From positions 5,892,001-5,956,000 of the forward strand of contig CM075995.1 in the NCBI GenBank assembly GCA_038087875.1: DNA of 64,000 nucleotides, in the 5' to 3' direction. The stretch is from Malacoraja senta. Its lineage: Eukaryota. The position numbers were made by a program, and so were the translations under genes. The notes beneath the pieces were generated by a model. The model saw nothing but the letters and a program-made list of their open reading frames with translations. It was not told the DNA's origin and did no database searches. Shown here piece after piece: positions 1 to 12,948 of this stretch; the first letter of the stretch is position 1; each line of letters starts with the position of its first letter.

Positions 1-2812
1 TGGCTGGTGAATTGACTGCCGTTGTCAGTTAGCAGTCTGCCCTGAGATCCGTGGACTGAAAAATGGCGAGATAACCGAAATCACTCCGCTGGAAGTGGGG
101 CTGCTAAGAAAATCAATGTCAAACCATCCTGAATACGAATCGATGAGTACCAGGTACTGCTTGCCATGCCAAACAAATATGTCATCTGCCACTGTAGACC
201 ACGGGAGTGCAGGTACCAGATGTGAAAGTAATGGTTGCTTTTGTTGATGAGGTATCAAGCTGTTGCACACTGCACAGGATGCCACATTCTCGGTGATGTA
301 GTCGACCATGCCAGGCCAGTAAAACACGCTTTTTGCCCGTAGGACAGTAGCATCAGCGCCTGTGTGCATGGACAGTGTTAAAATACTGGTTGTGCAGCCA
401 GTGTTAAAATACTGGTTGAAACACCGCAGCCTTGTGTTCTTTTAAAACAATGCCATCCTGCAGCACTAGCTCATCACGGACGGCAAAGAAAGGCCGGACT
501 GGCAGCGGAACGTTGTAGTGTTTGTCTGGCCAGCCGCAATGACAGAGGTAAGCGATCGTAGGGTACTGTCCGCAGCAGTGGGCCACCAAATCCACCATAC
601 AGGACAAGGGGATAAAAGACACGGCCATTACGATAAAGTCGTCATTATCCAGCGAGGGCAGATTCTCGCAGGTCTTCCGGGGTGCGTACGAGAGAGTGTC
701 AGCCAGATGCATATACTTACCACGTTTGTGGATCAAAACAATGTCATATTTTTGGAATTGCAACAACATCCGCTGTAGGCGCGCTGGAGAGGCATGGATC
801 GGTTTGTTGAAAATGCTGATCAGAGGTTGGTAGTCAGTTTCAATCATGACCATGTGACCAAAGATGAAATCGTTGAATTTCTTGCAGGTGAAAACAATTG
901 CCAACAGGTCTTTCTCAATTTGGGCATATCGTTGTTCTGTGTCAGTCATGGTGCGCGAGGCATAGGCTTATTGCCGTTGCCATCATTTTGAAGACATGCT
1001 GCGCCTAGTCCGTGTTGTGAGGCATCACAAGTCAGTGTAACCGGTAGTTTAGGATCAAAGTAAGCCAGAGTAGGAGCACTAGACATCTGCTGCTTAAGAA
1101 TGTCGAACGCTTTCTGTTGTTGCTCGTGCCAAGTCCAAGCAGTGTCTTGGCGCAATGGGGCTGATATTTTGCTGAAACACAGAATGAATTTGCTCAAATA
1201 GTTAACCATGCCAAGGAATCTCTGCAAACTTAGCACGTCTGTGGGTGCTGGGAGCTCATTGATAGCACTAGTTTTCGCTGGATCCGTTTTTAGGCCGTCT
1301 TTGGTAAATATATGGCCTATGTATCTCACCTCATTCACTCTGAATTTGCATTTTTGAGGGTTCAGCTTGAGATGGATGGCCTTGGCACGATCCAAGACCT
1401 TTGTCAGATTGGCATCGTGTTCTTGGACCGTTCTTCCAGCAATGAGGATATCATTCACTATGATGGAGCATGGGTAGCCTGCAAACAATTGCTCCATAGC
1501 TTGTTGAAATACTTCACTAGCAGAACTTATTCCAAAGGGCATGCGAAGAAATTTATAACGACCGAACGGAGTGCTGAAAGTGGTCAACTTGGAGGAGTTA
1601 TGTTCCAGCGAAATCTGCCAGAATGAACTCTTGGCAACTAGCACCATGAATACAGTTGCCTCAGCCATCTGTGCAGCAATCTCGTCCACAGTGCGCATGG
1701 GATAGCGGGGTCGTTTAATTGCTGTGTTTAAGTCCTTGGGGTTGATACAAATCCGCATCTCGTCTTTGTTCTTCTTGGTAGCCACGACCATGGTGGAGAG
1801 CCAGTCCGAGGGGTCAATTACAGGAGTAATCACACTTAAAGACACCATTCTGTTAAGTTCACTTTGAACACGGTCCCGCATAGCGTGGGGAATTTTATGA
1901 GCCGGACGAACAACTGGAATTGCCTCAGGGTCAATGGTAATCGTGTACCTGACAGGCAACCTGCCCAGCTTACCGTCAAACAAAACCTTGTATTGTGTTA
2001 GGATTTGATGGTTAAAGTCACAGTCAGAGGACAGACAGAAGGGCTGAAAGTAATCAGATCCATGTCTAGACATGCGTTGGCACCCAGCAGAGATGGTACA
2101 TTTTCACATACCACATAGAAATCCAGGTTATGGACACGTGAGTTAAGACAGCAGCGTAACTCAACTTGACCGATAGGGTGCACTCGACTTCCAGCGAATG
2201 GAACGAGGGATGCAGCCGTTGGAGAAACAGTTTCTGTTTTTCTTAACTTTTGGAACACAGCCAGGCAAATTACATTGCACCGAGCACCCAACTCCACTTT
2301 CAGATAAAGAGTTTTGTCAAAAATGAGCAAGGCAATCTTGCGGGGTCCAGTTGTTTATGCATTAAATCAGACAAAGCATGTACATCGACATGAACACCTT
2401 CGCCAGCAGCCTGTAAATCCATGGGAGCTGGTTGTGAGAATTCCATGATAGCATTTTCATGGCCATGCGAATTAACAGATTGTCTCGTTTGAACTCTGTT
2501 GTTACGTGAGCGACAGGACTTAAGAAAATGATTTATTTTGTTGCAGAATTGACATAATTTTCCATATGCAGGGCAACGGTCACGAACAGTGGCATGTGAA
2601 GCCCCACAGTTAAAGCAATTGTCAATTAGTCTCAACTTGGTATCAGGCACTTGAGAAAAACGAGGAGAGATTTGATAAGACATACCGGCAACATTAACTT
2701 CATGAGCAGTAGAGTGCTCCAGAGCTTTGATGTGAGCATCGGTCATTTCAGCAATGCAACAGCGATTTTCAGCAGTCTCTCGGGTAAGGTCAGCATCCCG
2801 CAGTAGCTTGTC

Positions 2813-3232
2813 ATAGAAACAGAGAAACATAGAAACTAGGTGCAGCAGGAGGCCATTCGGCCCTTCAAGCCAGCACCGCCATTCATTGTGATCATGGCTG
2901 ATCGCCCCCCATCAATAACCCGTGCCTGCCTTCTCCCCATATCCCTTGACTCCACTAGCCCCTAGAGCTCTATCTAACTCTCTCTTAAATCCATCCAGTG
3001 ACTTGGCCTCCACTGCCCTCTGTGGCAGGGAATTCCATAAATTCACAACTCTCTGTGTGAAAACATTTTTTCTCACCTCAGTCTTAAATGACCTCCCCTT
3101 TATTCTAAGACTGTGGCCCCTGGTTCTGGACTCGCCCAACATAGGGAACATTTTTCCTGCATCTAGCTTGTCCAGTCCTTTTATAATTTTATATGTTTCT
3201 ATAAGATCCCCCCCCTTCTAAACTCTAGTGAA
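2813..3232 (-). mobile_element. CR1 LINE, 5'-truncated, nested in Gypsy 1 gag
   Basis: CR1 ORF2 C-terminus (TRGHSLRI...FTQRVVNLWNSLP), 3' UTR and (TTTCTATG)n-type tail. Gag resumes on both sides. Confidence 0.9.
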
Positions 3233-3283
3233 TTTATCATTGCAGATGCCATGGATCAAACGATCACGGATAAGGCTGTCACA

Positions 3284-3775
3284 TATAACCATATAACCAT
3301 ATAACCATATAACAATTACAGCACGGAAACAGGCCATCTCGACCCTTCTAGTCCGTGCCAAACACGTATTCTCCCCTAGTCCCATATACCTGCGCTCAGA
3401 CCATAACCCTCCATTCCTTTCCCGTCCATATAACTATCCAATTTATTTTTAAATGATAAAAATGAACCTGCCTCCACCACCTTCACTGGAAGCTCATTCC
3501 ATACAGCCACCACTCTCTGAGTAAAGAAGTTCCCCCTCATGTTACCCCTAAACTTCTGTCCCTTAATTCTCAAGACATGTCCCCTTGTTTGAATCTTCCC
3601 TACTCTCAGTGGGAAAAGCTTATCCACGTCAACTCTGTCTATCCCTCTCATCATTTTAAAGACCTCTATCAAGTCCCCCCTTAACCTTCTGCGCTCCAAA
3701 GAATAAAGCCCTAACTTGTTCAACCTTTCTCTGTAACTTAGTTGCTGAACTAAGTTACAGAACTAAGTTACAGAA
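3284..3775 (-). mobile_element. CR1 LINE of a second subfamily, 5'-truncated, nested in Gypsy 1 gag
   Basis: ORF 3376-3723 (LGLYSLERRRLRGDLIEVFK) and an (ATGGTTAT)n tail. Confidence 0.9.
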
Positions 3776-4251
3776 CTATATCTCTGAAATCGCACCGACT
3801 TGCGATGTGCTTCAGTGCACTAACATATAACTCCACAGTTTCTCCCTGTCTCTGGCACCATGAAAAAAACAGATGCCACTCAATACTTAAATTAGTCGGA
3901 AACTCAATTGTCGGAATTTGCGCAGTAGGCAGTCAGGGTGACGAATGGATTCAGCAGGAGCAATTTGGACACCAGACTCGTCAAATCTAGCCGGTTCAAA
4001 ATGAAATCTTCTGGCACGACGAGCAGCTTCTGTGCCTGCCAAATTAAGAAGGATTGACGCTCGAACACCATGGTCAGCAGTAGGGTGAGCCGCATCAATG
4101 TAGATTGAGAAATCTTCAAATACACGCCATCGTTCTGCGAGATCCTCATCAAATACCAAGACCTCTGGTTTTCTGAGAGCAGAAGCCATTGCAAAATAGT
4201 TGAAAAAACTAAAATAAAAGCAATAGAATTAAGCAAGGAGTGAGGTCGTAT

Positions 4252-4263
4252 ACTCTGACACCA
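4252..4263 (-). promoter_or_regulatory. Primer-binding site TGGTGTCAGAGT (tRNA-Leu-like)
   Basis: Reverse complement of ACTCTGACACCA, lying between the LTR and gag. Resembles the 3' end of tRNA-Leu (...TTCTGACACCA). Confidence 0.7.
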
Positions 4264-4425
4264 CGTTGTGTTGCGGCTGTCCAAATAACTGAAGCCTTAC
4301 ACCATGATAAAGGTCCAAAGACTTTATTAACGACATAGCACAGGTAACTTCATGCTAGCACGTTTTTCTAATAATGCGGGAGCCAGGCAGGGAGGGTTAC
4401 TGTAAAGCTAGTGGGCGTAACTACA
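4264..4425 (-). repeat. 5' LTR of Gypsy 1 (~160 bp)
   Basis: Minus strand starts TGTAGTTACG, contains AATAAA and ends ...ACACAACG directly before the PBS. Confidence 0.7.
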
Positions 4426-6030
4426 AAAGCATGACTCACAACATGAGTGACACTGATCTACAAATTCTGGTATGAGTTCATCTATAGAAGATAAATCTGC
4501 CTTTCTGTTGAGGAAAATCTTCCTTCTCGGTGGTCTAACTGCTTTGGCTGTCATCTTGGCTTGAACAATAACAGCATCATGGTCCCTTATGCCTGATGTC
4601 ACATTGCAACTTTCTACAAAGGAGGGTTGGCTGGCAAAACATGTCAAGTATATTTCTGTCTCTAGTGGGCTTATCAACCATTTGGGTGAGGTTGAAATCA
4701 TTGGCCGAGTCAGAATCAGAATTTATTCGCCAAGTATGTTTTGCAACATACGAGGAATTTCACTGGCCAGGTCAGTCATACAATTAAGAGCAACAGACTC
4801 AAAAACACATTTTAACATGAACATCCACCACAGTGACTCCTACAGATTCCTCACTGTGATGGAAGGAGAAATAAAGTTTAAGTCCTTCCCTTGTGTTCTT
4901 CCTTGGTCGGGGGCCTCGAGCCTCCATTGACAGGACGGTCTTGACTCCCGTAGCCGGCGGCGTTCGGGCCCTCCATGCCGAGGTGTTCAGCTCCCGCATC
5001 TGGGAGTTGTCAGCTCCCTCGCGCCAGGCGATCGAACCCCGCGTCGGGGCTGGTCGAGCCTTGGTTGGAGTTTCCGACTTGCCTCTCCTGAGACCGTGAG
5101 CCCTTGATGGTAAGTAAGTCCGCAGGCCATGGTGGGAGCGATCCCAGGCAAGGGATCCGCTCCGATGTTAAGTCCGCGCCCCACGGTGGGGCTCACGACA
5201 GCAATGGTAGGCCGCAGAGCTCGGAGAATATGATCCGAAAATCAATCACATCTCCGGGAAGGTAAGAACTTGAAAAAAAGTTTCCCCCGATCCCCCCCAG
5301 CTCCCCCCACATAAAACAAACCGAAGTACATTAAAACAACCTCTTAACAGACGCTAAAAATAACAAAAGATGAAAAAAAAGAACAGACTGGCAGCAGGGC
5401 TGGCCATCTCCCCGGCGCCCCTGGTGGTACATCCAACATAGCAAACAGTACAACAGTAAAACATACAACAGTAAATCCAACATAATCTTGCAACAAGCGG
5501 TATTTCTTCCCCAGTACGAAGAGAATTACTGGACCAGTCTATATCAGGGAGATTAAAATCGCCCAATAGCCATACAGAAGCAGACTTCGGAATCTTGGAT
5601 AAAGAAGCTTCAAGTTTTCTTAAATGTTCCTGTACTGACGATGGAGGGCATTAAAATGTAGGCTTTAGCCCCTTTATATTAATGCTAACCCACAGCACCT
5701 CGCAGTTTGCATCAAGATCTTTTTCTTCAGTAGCAATATACTAATAGTGATGAATACACCCCCCATGAGAGTCCCCTTCCCTGTCTTTTCTAAACACCTG
5801 GTCGAATTTTGGAAATTTTTCACCTGCGGCAATGTCTTTGTTCAACCAAGATTCTGTACCGATTATTATGTCTGGGTTTTCCTTGTCTATAAGAGCCTGG
5901 AATCCTGCTTTCTTTGCTCTAATGCTCTGGTAATTGAGATTAATAATTTTTAAAGTTTCTTGTTTACTATGACCAAACTTCATCCTCTTTGGCTTTGACG
6001 GCCCCGGATTTTCTATTACCACCATTTTTG
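4426..6030 (-). pseudogene. Old LINE (CR1/L2-group) AP-endonuclease remnant, interrupted by a non-coding retroposon
   Basis: APE motifs in the expected order: NLNYQSIR...IIIGTESWL...FRKDR...GG (5741-6025), GDFNLPDIDW (~5560), ...IRDHDAV (~4580). Confidence 0.7.
4710..5427 (-). mobile_element. Non-coding SINE-like retroposon, copy A, (ATTCTG)n tail
   Basis: Similar along its length to 18750-19486. Ends in AATAAA plus a microsatellite tail and interrupts the endonuclease remnant. Confidence 0.75.
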
Positions 6031-6729
6031 CTTTTTTTCAGACTTGTGCTGATCACTGTCTACTATCGGACTAGGGCTAGGTGAAGCTGAGTTAAGACTA
6101 GGTACAATGTCAGAGTCTGCAGATATGTTGAGAAATGTATCCATGTAGCTGTCCAAATGTTTCTTAAACTTTGTGATTGTACCTGCCTCAAGTATATCAT
6201 TCCATGTACCTACCACCCGTTGTGTAAAAAGGTTGCCTCTCAGATTCCTATTAAATCTTTCCCCAATGTTCTCTGGTCCTTGATTCCTTTACTCTGGGTA
6301 AAAGACCCTGTATTTACCCCAGTTATTTATATTGCCCGATCTGTTACAGAGGCCCGAGAGCCGTTGGAGCGGTCGCAGAGGGAGGAGCTACACCCGAGCG
6401 GTAGGGGATAAAGTGGAGCGCGGGGCTTGCTTGTTCCTCACAGAGGCCCGAGAGCCGTTGGAGCGGTCGCAGAGGGAGGAGCCCAAATCTGTAACGTTCC
6501 AAGTTCCACTTCAAAAACAAGTGGGCTTGAGGAAGCCGCTGCTTGGTGGAAGCAGACAAGAGGGAGCAGCTGATTGGGAGTCAGATCCCTGCTGATTGGG
6601 AGTCAGATCCCTGCTGATTGTACTGTATTGTAGCAGTTTGTTTTGTATTGTAGCAGTTTGTTTTGTGTTGTAGCAGTTTGTTTTGTATTGTAGCAGTTTG
6701 TTTTGTATTGTATCCTAGGTAAGGGGAGT

Positions 6730-7665
6730 ATGAGGGCCAGGGCAGTTTACTGTTCTGGATGTCAGATGTGGGAAGTCATGGAGTCTGATAGCCCTCCAGA
6801 CGTCCACATCTGCGCCAGGTGTATCGAGATGGGGCTCCTAATGGACCGTATTAGGAACCTGGAGCAGCAGCTCGATGACCTCCGTCTGGTCAGGGAGAGC
6901 GAGGAAGTCATTGAGAGGAGATACAGGGAGGTGGTCACTCCAAGACCACAGGAGGCAGGCAAGTGGCTCACGGTTGGGAGAGGCAAGGGGCACAGGCAGG
7001 GACTAGAGAGTACCCCGGTGGCTGTACACCTTGACAATAAGTACTCCTGTTTGAGCACTGTTGGGGGGGACAGCCTACCTGGGGGTAGCGACAGCGGCCG
7101 GGCCTCCGGTATAGAGACCGGCCCTGTTGCTCAGAAGGGTAAGGAAAAGAAGAGGAGGGCAATACTAATAGGGGACTCTATAGTTAGGGGGTCAGACAGG
7201 AGATTCTGTGGACGCAGTCGGGAGACCCGGATGGTAGTTTGCCTCCCTGGTGCCAGGGTCTGTGATGTGTCTCAACGTGTCCAAGATATCCTGAAAGGGC
7301 AGGGAGAGGAGCCCGAGGTCGTGGTACATATAGGTACCAATGACATAGGTAAAAAAAGAGAAGAGGTCCTGAAAGGAGAATTTAGGGAGTTAGGAGGGGA
7401 GTTAAAGAGAAGGACAGCAAAGGTAACAATCTCGGGATTACTGCCTGTGCCACGCGACAGTGAGAGTAGGAATGGAGCGAGGTGGAGGATAAATGCGTGG
7501 CTGAAGGACTGGTGCAGAAGGCAGGGATTCAAATTTCTGGATCATTGGGACCTCTTTTGTGGAAGGTGCGACCTGTACAAAAAGGATGGGTTGCACTTGA
7601 ACCTGAGGGGGACCGATATCCTGGCGGGGAGATCTGCAAAGGCTACTGGGGAGACTTTAAACTAG
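6730..7665 (+). CDS. CR1 ORF1p with N-terminal Cys motif, coiled coil and SGNH/GDSL esterase domain
   Basis: Open frame with CSGC...CARC, a heptad region, and SGNH blocks GDSIVRG, HIGTND and DGLH. Confidence 0.88.
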   Translation: MRARAVYCSGCQMWEVMESDSPPDVHICARCIEMGLLMDRIRNLEQQLDDLRLVRESEEVIERRYREVVTPRPQEAGKWLTVGRGKGHRQGLESTPVAVHLDNKYSCLSTVGGDSLPGGSDSGRASGIETGPVAQKGKEKKRRAILIGDSIVRGSDRRFCGRSRETRMVVCLPGARVCDVSQRVQDILKGQGEEPEVVVHIGTNDIGKKREEVLKGEFRELGGELKRRTAKVTISGLLPVPRDSESRNGARWRINAWLKDWCRRQGFKFLDHWDLFCGRCDLYKKDGLHLNLRGTDILAGRSAKATGETLN

Positions 7666-7980
7666 AATGGTTGGGGGGAGCGACTCAAATAGAGAATGCT
7701 ATTAGACAGTGTGTGAGGCAGGAGGCAGAGAAGGAAAGCACTCAGACCCAACATGTAGGGGGGAAAGAAGAAAACAATAATAAACAGAGAATAAGAGGTG
7801 GTGGGGTTCTTAAATGGGTGAGCAGAGAAATAGGGGGTGTAAAATGCGGGCGGAAGCAATAGGTAGTAAGGTGAAAAGTAAAAGTGGCAGGCAGACAAAT
7901 CCAGGGCAAAAATCAAAAGGGCCACTTTTCAACATAATTGTATAAGGGGTAAGAGCGTTGTAAAAACAAGCCTGAAGGCT

Positions 7981-10780
7981 TTGTGTCTCAATGCAAGGAG
8001 CATTCGTAATAAGGTGGATGAGTTGTACGTGCAGATAGCAATTAATGATTATGATATAGTTGGGATCACGGAGACATGGCTCCAGGGTGACCAAGGCTGG
8101 GAGCTGAACATCCAGGGATATTCAATATTCAGGAGGGATAGAGAGAAAGGAAAAGGAGGTGGGGTAGCATTGCTGGTTAGAGAGGAGATTAACGCAGTGG
8201 AAAGGAAGGACATTAGCTTGGAGGATGTGGAATCGGTATGGGTAGAGCTGCGAAACACTAAGGGGCAGAAAACGCTGGTGGGTGTTGTGTACAGGCCACC
8301 TAGCAGTAGTAGTGAAGTTGGGGATGGCATCAAACAGGAAATTAGAAATGCGTGCAACAAAGGCAAAACAGTTATAATGGGTGACTTCAATCTACATATA
8401 GATTGGGTGAATCAAATTGGCAGGGGTGCTGAGGAAGAGGAATTCTTGGAATGTATGCGGGATAGTTATCTAAACCAACATGTAGAGGAACCAACGAGAG
8501 AGCAAGCTATTCTAGACTGGGTATTGAGAAATGAGGAAGGGTTAGTTAGCAGTCTTGCTGTGCGTGCCCCCTTGGCAAGAGTGACCATAATATGGTTGAG
8601 TTCTTCATTAGGATGGAGAGTGACATTGTTAATTCATAAACAACGGTTCTGAACTTAAAGAAAGGTAACTTTGAGGGTATGAGACGTGAATTGGCCAAGA
8701 TTGACTGGCAATTAGTTCTAAAAGGGTTGACGGTGGATATGCAATGGAAGGCATTTAAAGACTGCATGGATGAACTACAAAAATTGTTCATCCCAGTTTG
8801 GCAAAAGAATAAATCAGGGAAGGTAGTGCATCCGTGGATAACAAGGGAAATCAGGGATAGTATCAAAGCAAAAGATGATGCGTACAAATTAGCCAGAAAA
8901 AGCAGCATACCAGAGGACTGGGAGAAATTCAGAGACCAGCAGAGGAGGACAAAGGGCTTAATTAGGAAAGGGAAAATAGATTATGAAAGAAAACTGGCAG
9001 GGAACATAAAAACTGACTGCAAAAGTTTTTATAGATATGTGAAGAGAAAGAGATTAGTTAAAACAAATGTAGGTCCCTTGCAGTCAGAAACAGGTGAATT
9101 GATCATGGGGAACAAGGCTATGGCGGACCAATTGAATAACTACTTTGGTTCCGTCTTCACTAAGGAAGACATAAATAATCTGCCGGAAATAGCAGGGGGC
9201 CGCGGGTCAAAGGAGATGGAGGAACTGAGTGAAATCCAGGTTAGTCGGGAAGTGGTGTTGGGTAAATTGAATGGATTAAAGGCCGATAAATCACCAGGGC
9301 CAGATAGGCTGCATCCCAGAGTACTTAAGGAAGTAGCTCCAGAAATAGTGGATGCATTAGTGATAATTTTTCAAAACTCTTTAGATTCTGGAGTAGTTCC
9401 TGAGGATTGGAGGGTAGCAAACGTAACCCCACTTTTTAAGAAGGGAGAGAGAGAGAAAACGGGGAATTACAGACCAGTTAGTCTAACATCGGCAGTGGGG
9501 AAACTGCTAGAGTCAGTTATTAAAGATGGGATAGCAGCACATTTGGAAAGTGGTGAAATCATTGGACAAAGTCAGCATGGATTTATGAAAGGTAAATCGT
9601 GTCTGACGAATCTTATAGAATTTTTCGAGGATGTAACTAGTAGAGTGGATAGGGAGAACCAGTGGATGTGTTGTATCTGAACTTTCAGAAGGCTTTCGAC
9701 AAGGTACCACATAAGAGATTAGTATACAAACTTAAAGCACACGGTATTGGGGGTTCAGTATTGATGTGGATAGAGAACTGGCTGGCAAACAGGAAGCAAA
9801 GAGTAGGAGTAAACGGGTCCTTTTCACAATGGCAGGCAGTGACTAGTGGGGTACCGCAAGGTTCAGTGCTGGGACCCCAGCTATTTACAATTTATATTAA
9901 TGAACTGGATGAGGGAATTGAAGGCAACATCTCCAAGTTTGCGGATGACACTAAACTGGGGGGCAGTGTTAGCTGTGAGGAGGATGCTAGGAGACTGCAA
10001 GGTGACTTGGATAGGCTGGGTGAGTGGGCAAATGTTTGGCAGATGCAGTATAATGTGGATAAATGTGAGGTTATCCACTTTGGTGGCAAAAACAGGAAAG
10101 CAGACTATTATCTAAATGGTGGCCGATTAGGAAATGGGGAGATGCAACGAGACCTGGGTGTCATGGTACACCAGTCATTGAAAGTAGGCATGCAGGTGCA
10201 GCAGGCAGTGAAGAAAGCGAATGGTATGTTAGCTTCATAGCAAAAGGATTTGAGTATAGGAGCAGGGAGGTTCTACTGCAGTTGTACAGGGTCTTGGTGA
10301 GACCACACCTGGAGTATTGCGTACAGTTTTGGTCTCCAAATCTGAGGAAGGACATTATAGCCATAGAGGGAGTGCAGAGAAGGTTCACCAGACTGATTCC
10401 TGGGATGTCAGGACTATCATATGAAGAAAGACTGGATAGACTTGGCTTATACTCGCTAGAATTTAGGAGATTATTGAGAGGGGATCTTATAGAAACTGAC
10501 AAAATTCTTATGGGGTTGGACAGGCTAGATGCAGGAAGATTGTTCCCGATGTTGGGGAAGTCCAGGACAAGGGGGTCACAGCTTAAGGATAAGGGGGAAA
10601 TCCTTTAAGGCCGAGATGAGGAAAAACGTTTTCACACAGAGAGTGGTGAATCTCTGGAACTCTCTGCCACAGATGGTAGTTGAGGCCAGTTCATTGGCTA
10701 TATTTAAGAGGGAGTTAGATGTGGCCCTTGTGGCTAAAGTGATCAGGGGGTATGGAGAGAAGGCAGGTACGGGATACTGA
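7981..10780 (+). pseudogene. CR1 ORF2 (endonuclease + reverse transcriptase), several frameshifts
   Basis: Split across ORFs 7981-8652, 8679-9680, 9662-10240, 10282-10608 and 10529-10780. Confidence 0.92.
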
Positions 10781-11542
10781 GTTGGATTGATCAGCCATGA
10801 TCATATTGAATGGCGGTGCAGGCTCGAAGGGCCGAATGGCCTACTCCAGCACCTATTGTTCTATGTATCTATGTATCTATGTTACCCTATCTATGTTTGA
10901 TAAAACGGTAATCTCTGAGAATGTGTCTTCATTATCCATGCCCCCACTGCTTGCTCAAACTAATCAGCGTGTTTCATGTGGTTTCTCTGACAGTTTGTTC
11001 TCTGCTTAGTGGCTTACAGTTGCATGCAATTCAGAGCTGTGCAGCTATTACCATTTTAGCATCTGAGCAATAGTTGCGACAAATTGTGAACAGAGCAGTT
11101 TGTTTTGTGCAGCGTGTGATCTCTTCAGAATTTTATATAGTTTATCTTGGAATAGCCCTGTGAAAATTATCGGGAATACTGGATATCGCTCAGTTCCTCA
11201 CCCCAGTCATTGACTATTCTAGGACCCCTATGGCGGTTTCCACACTGCTCAGCCATCACTCGCGAGCAGGAGAGATCGAGTGATTGGCCTTCACAGATGT
11301 TGGTGATGCCTGTCTTGCAGTCTCTCCAAAACAATTTTTTAATCTAAATTCGTCACCTATTCGATCAGACACTCAAGTTTTGGACTGTGATTAGCGTCTT
11401 CTGCACTAATTATACAGATATATTTATCAGCCCACATTAATTGAAATGGACTAATCCAGTGGAACTATAAAACTGAGGAGTAAGTGTGAAAACAGCTTTC
11501 AGTTGAGGGATATGGAGGTTAGGGTTATGATACAATACAATA

Positions 11543-12185
11543 CATAGAAACATAGAAAATAGGTGCAGGAGTAGGCCATTTGGCCCTTCGAGCCAGCATC
11601 GCCATTCAATATGATCATGGCTGATCATCCAAAATCAGTACTCCATTCCTGCTTTCTCCCATATCCCTTGATTCGGTTACCCCTTAAAGCTATATCTAAA
11701 TCTCTTGAAAACATCCAGTGAATTGCCTTCTGTGGCAGAGAATTCCACAAATTCACAACTCTCTAGGTGAAAACGTTTTTCCTCATCTCAGTCCTAAGTG
11801 GCCTACCCCATATTCTAAAACTGTGACCCCTGGTACTGGACTCCCGCAACATGGGGAACATTTTTCCTGCATCTATCCTGTCCAATCCCTTAAGAATTTT
11901 ATATGTTTCTATGAGATCTCCTCTCATCCTTCTAAATTCCAGTGAATATAAGTCCAGTCGATCCATTCTTTCATCATATGTCAGTCCCGCCATCCCGGAA
12001 ATTAACTTGGTGAACCTACGCTGCACTCCCTCAATAGCAAGAATGTCCTTCCACAAATTAGGAGACTAAAACTGCACACAATACTCCGGGTACGGTCTCA
12101 CCAGGGCCCTGTACAACTGCAGTGGGGCCTCCTTGCTCCTATATACTCAAATCCTCTCGCTATGAAGGCCAACATGCCATGAGCA
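11543..12185 (-). mobile_element. CR1 3' fragment
   Basis: ORF 11763-12056 (KDILAIEGVQRRFTKLI), 3' UTR and tail. Confidence 0.88.
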
Positions 12186-12309
12186 TAAGTTGCACATTTT
12201 CAGAAATATATACGTTGGTTCTACGGCCATTGGTTGAGTGGAACAGGCTACAAACAGCAACCGTGCTAATGGATGGTCAGTCTAATGCCCAGCCCATCAC
12301 CACCCTAAT

Positions 12310-12852
12310 GGCCCTGTCCCACGGGCAGGCGGTTACTGGCGGTGACGCGCGGTGTAGCAGGAAGTTGGGACCGCACGTGGACCGCCAGGGGACCGCGCAT
12401 GGCCCGCGGGATCGGTCCCACGCAGATCGCCGGAACCGTATGTAGTTGGTCCTGACATCGCGCGCGGTGCTCAGAAAAACTGACACTGTCCAAAAATCTC
12501 GGCCTGCCGCCCAGCCGCCGCCTCTTCACCGCGAGCACCGCCTGTACGCCACGAGCACCGCCTATACGCCGCAAGCACCGCCTGTACGCCGCGAGCCATC
12601 TCGACGTCATCACCCGACGCCACGCTCGCCGCATGCATTCGCATGCTCGTGGGACAGGCCGTACGGTAAACACTCGGCCTCCGCGTGGCATACCGCTTCC
12701 GGTTAGGTTGCGCTTGCCGCATGCTCATGGGACCGGCCCGTACGGTGAACACTCGGCCCCCCATGCGGCACTCCCGCGGTAGCCGCCCGGTCCCCCGCTT
12801 CCGGGGACGCCGCGCTTCACCGCCTGTTACCGCCTGCCCGTGGGACAGGGCC
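12310..12852. mobile_element. GC-rich MITE, PIF/Harbinger-like
   Basis: TIR GGCCCTGTCCCACGGGCAGGCGGT at both ends, extending imperfectly for ~60 bp. T/A flanks (TAAT left, TTA right). No coding motifs. Confidence 0.8.
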
Positions 12853-12948
12853 TTACATGCTGCCAAAGATTTGTTTCACTGTTTCTAAATGTTTGATAGT
12901 TTGAAACATTTTAAACAGTTGAAACTAAATATCTTTTTAGTATATATA

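Larger units (their letters stand above)
1..4425 (-). mobile_element. Gypsy/Ty3 LTR retrotransposon 1 (decayed; 3' part runs off the window start)
   Basis: Frameshifted minus-strand segments in Gypsy order: gag (MASALRKPE..., CCHC-like knuckles in 2300-2830), protease remnant, RT (946-2073, ...RMPFGISSASEVF...IVNDILI), RNase H (404-949), integrase (25-369). LTR and PBS lie upstream. Confidence 0.92.
6344..10881 (+). mobile_element. Near-full-length CR1 LINE (5' UTR, ORF1, frameshifted ORF2, 3' UTR, tail)
   Basis: ORF1 followed by APE (7981-8652), linker and RT (8679-10240: [14 protein letters not shown]), C-terminal CR1 motifs and a CTATGTAT repeat tail. The 5' boundary is approximate. Confidence 0.95.

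Noticed and set aside
6730..7665. Host lipase/esterase gene
   Set aside because: SGNH esterase domains are an established part of CR1 ORF1p, and this one sits directly upstream of CR1 ORF2.
12122..12888. Overlapping Arg/Pro-rich ORFs
   Set aside because: A by-product of the GC-rich MITE, with no transposase motifs.
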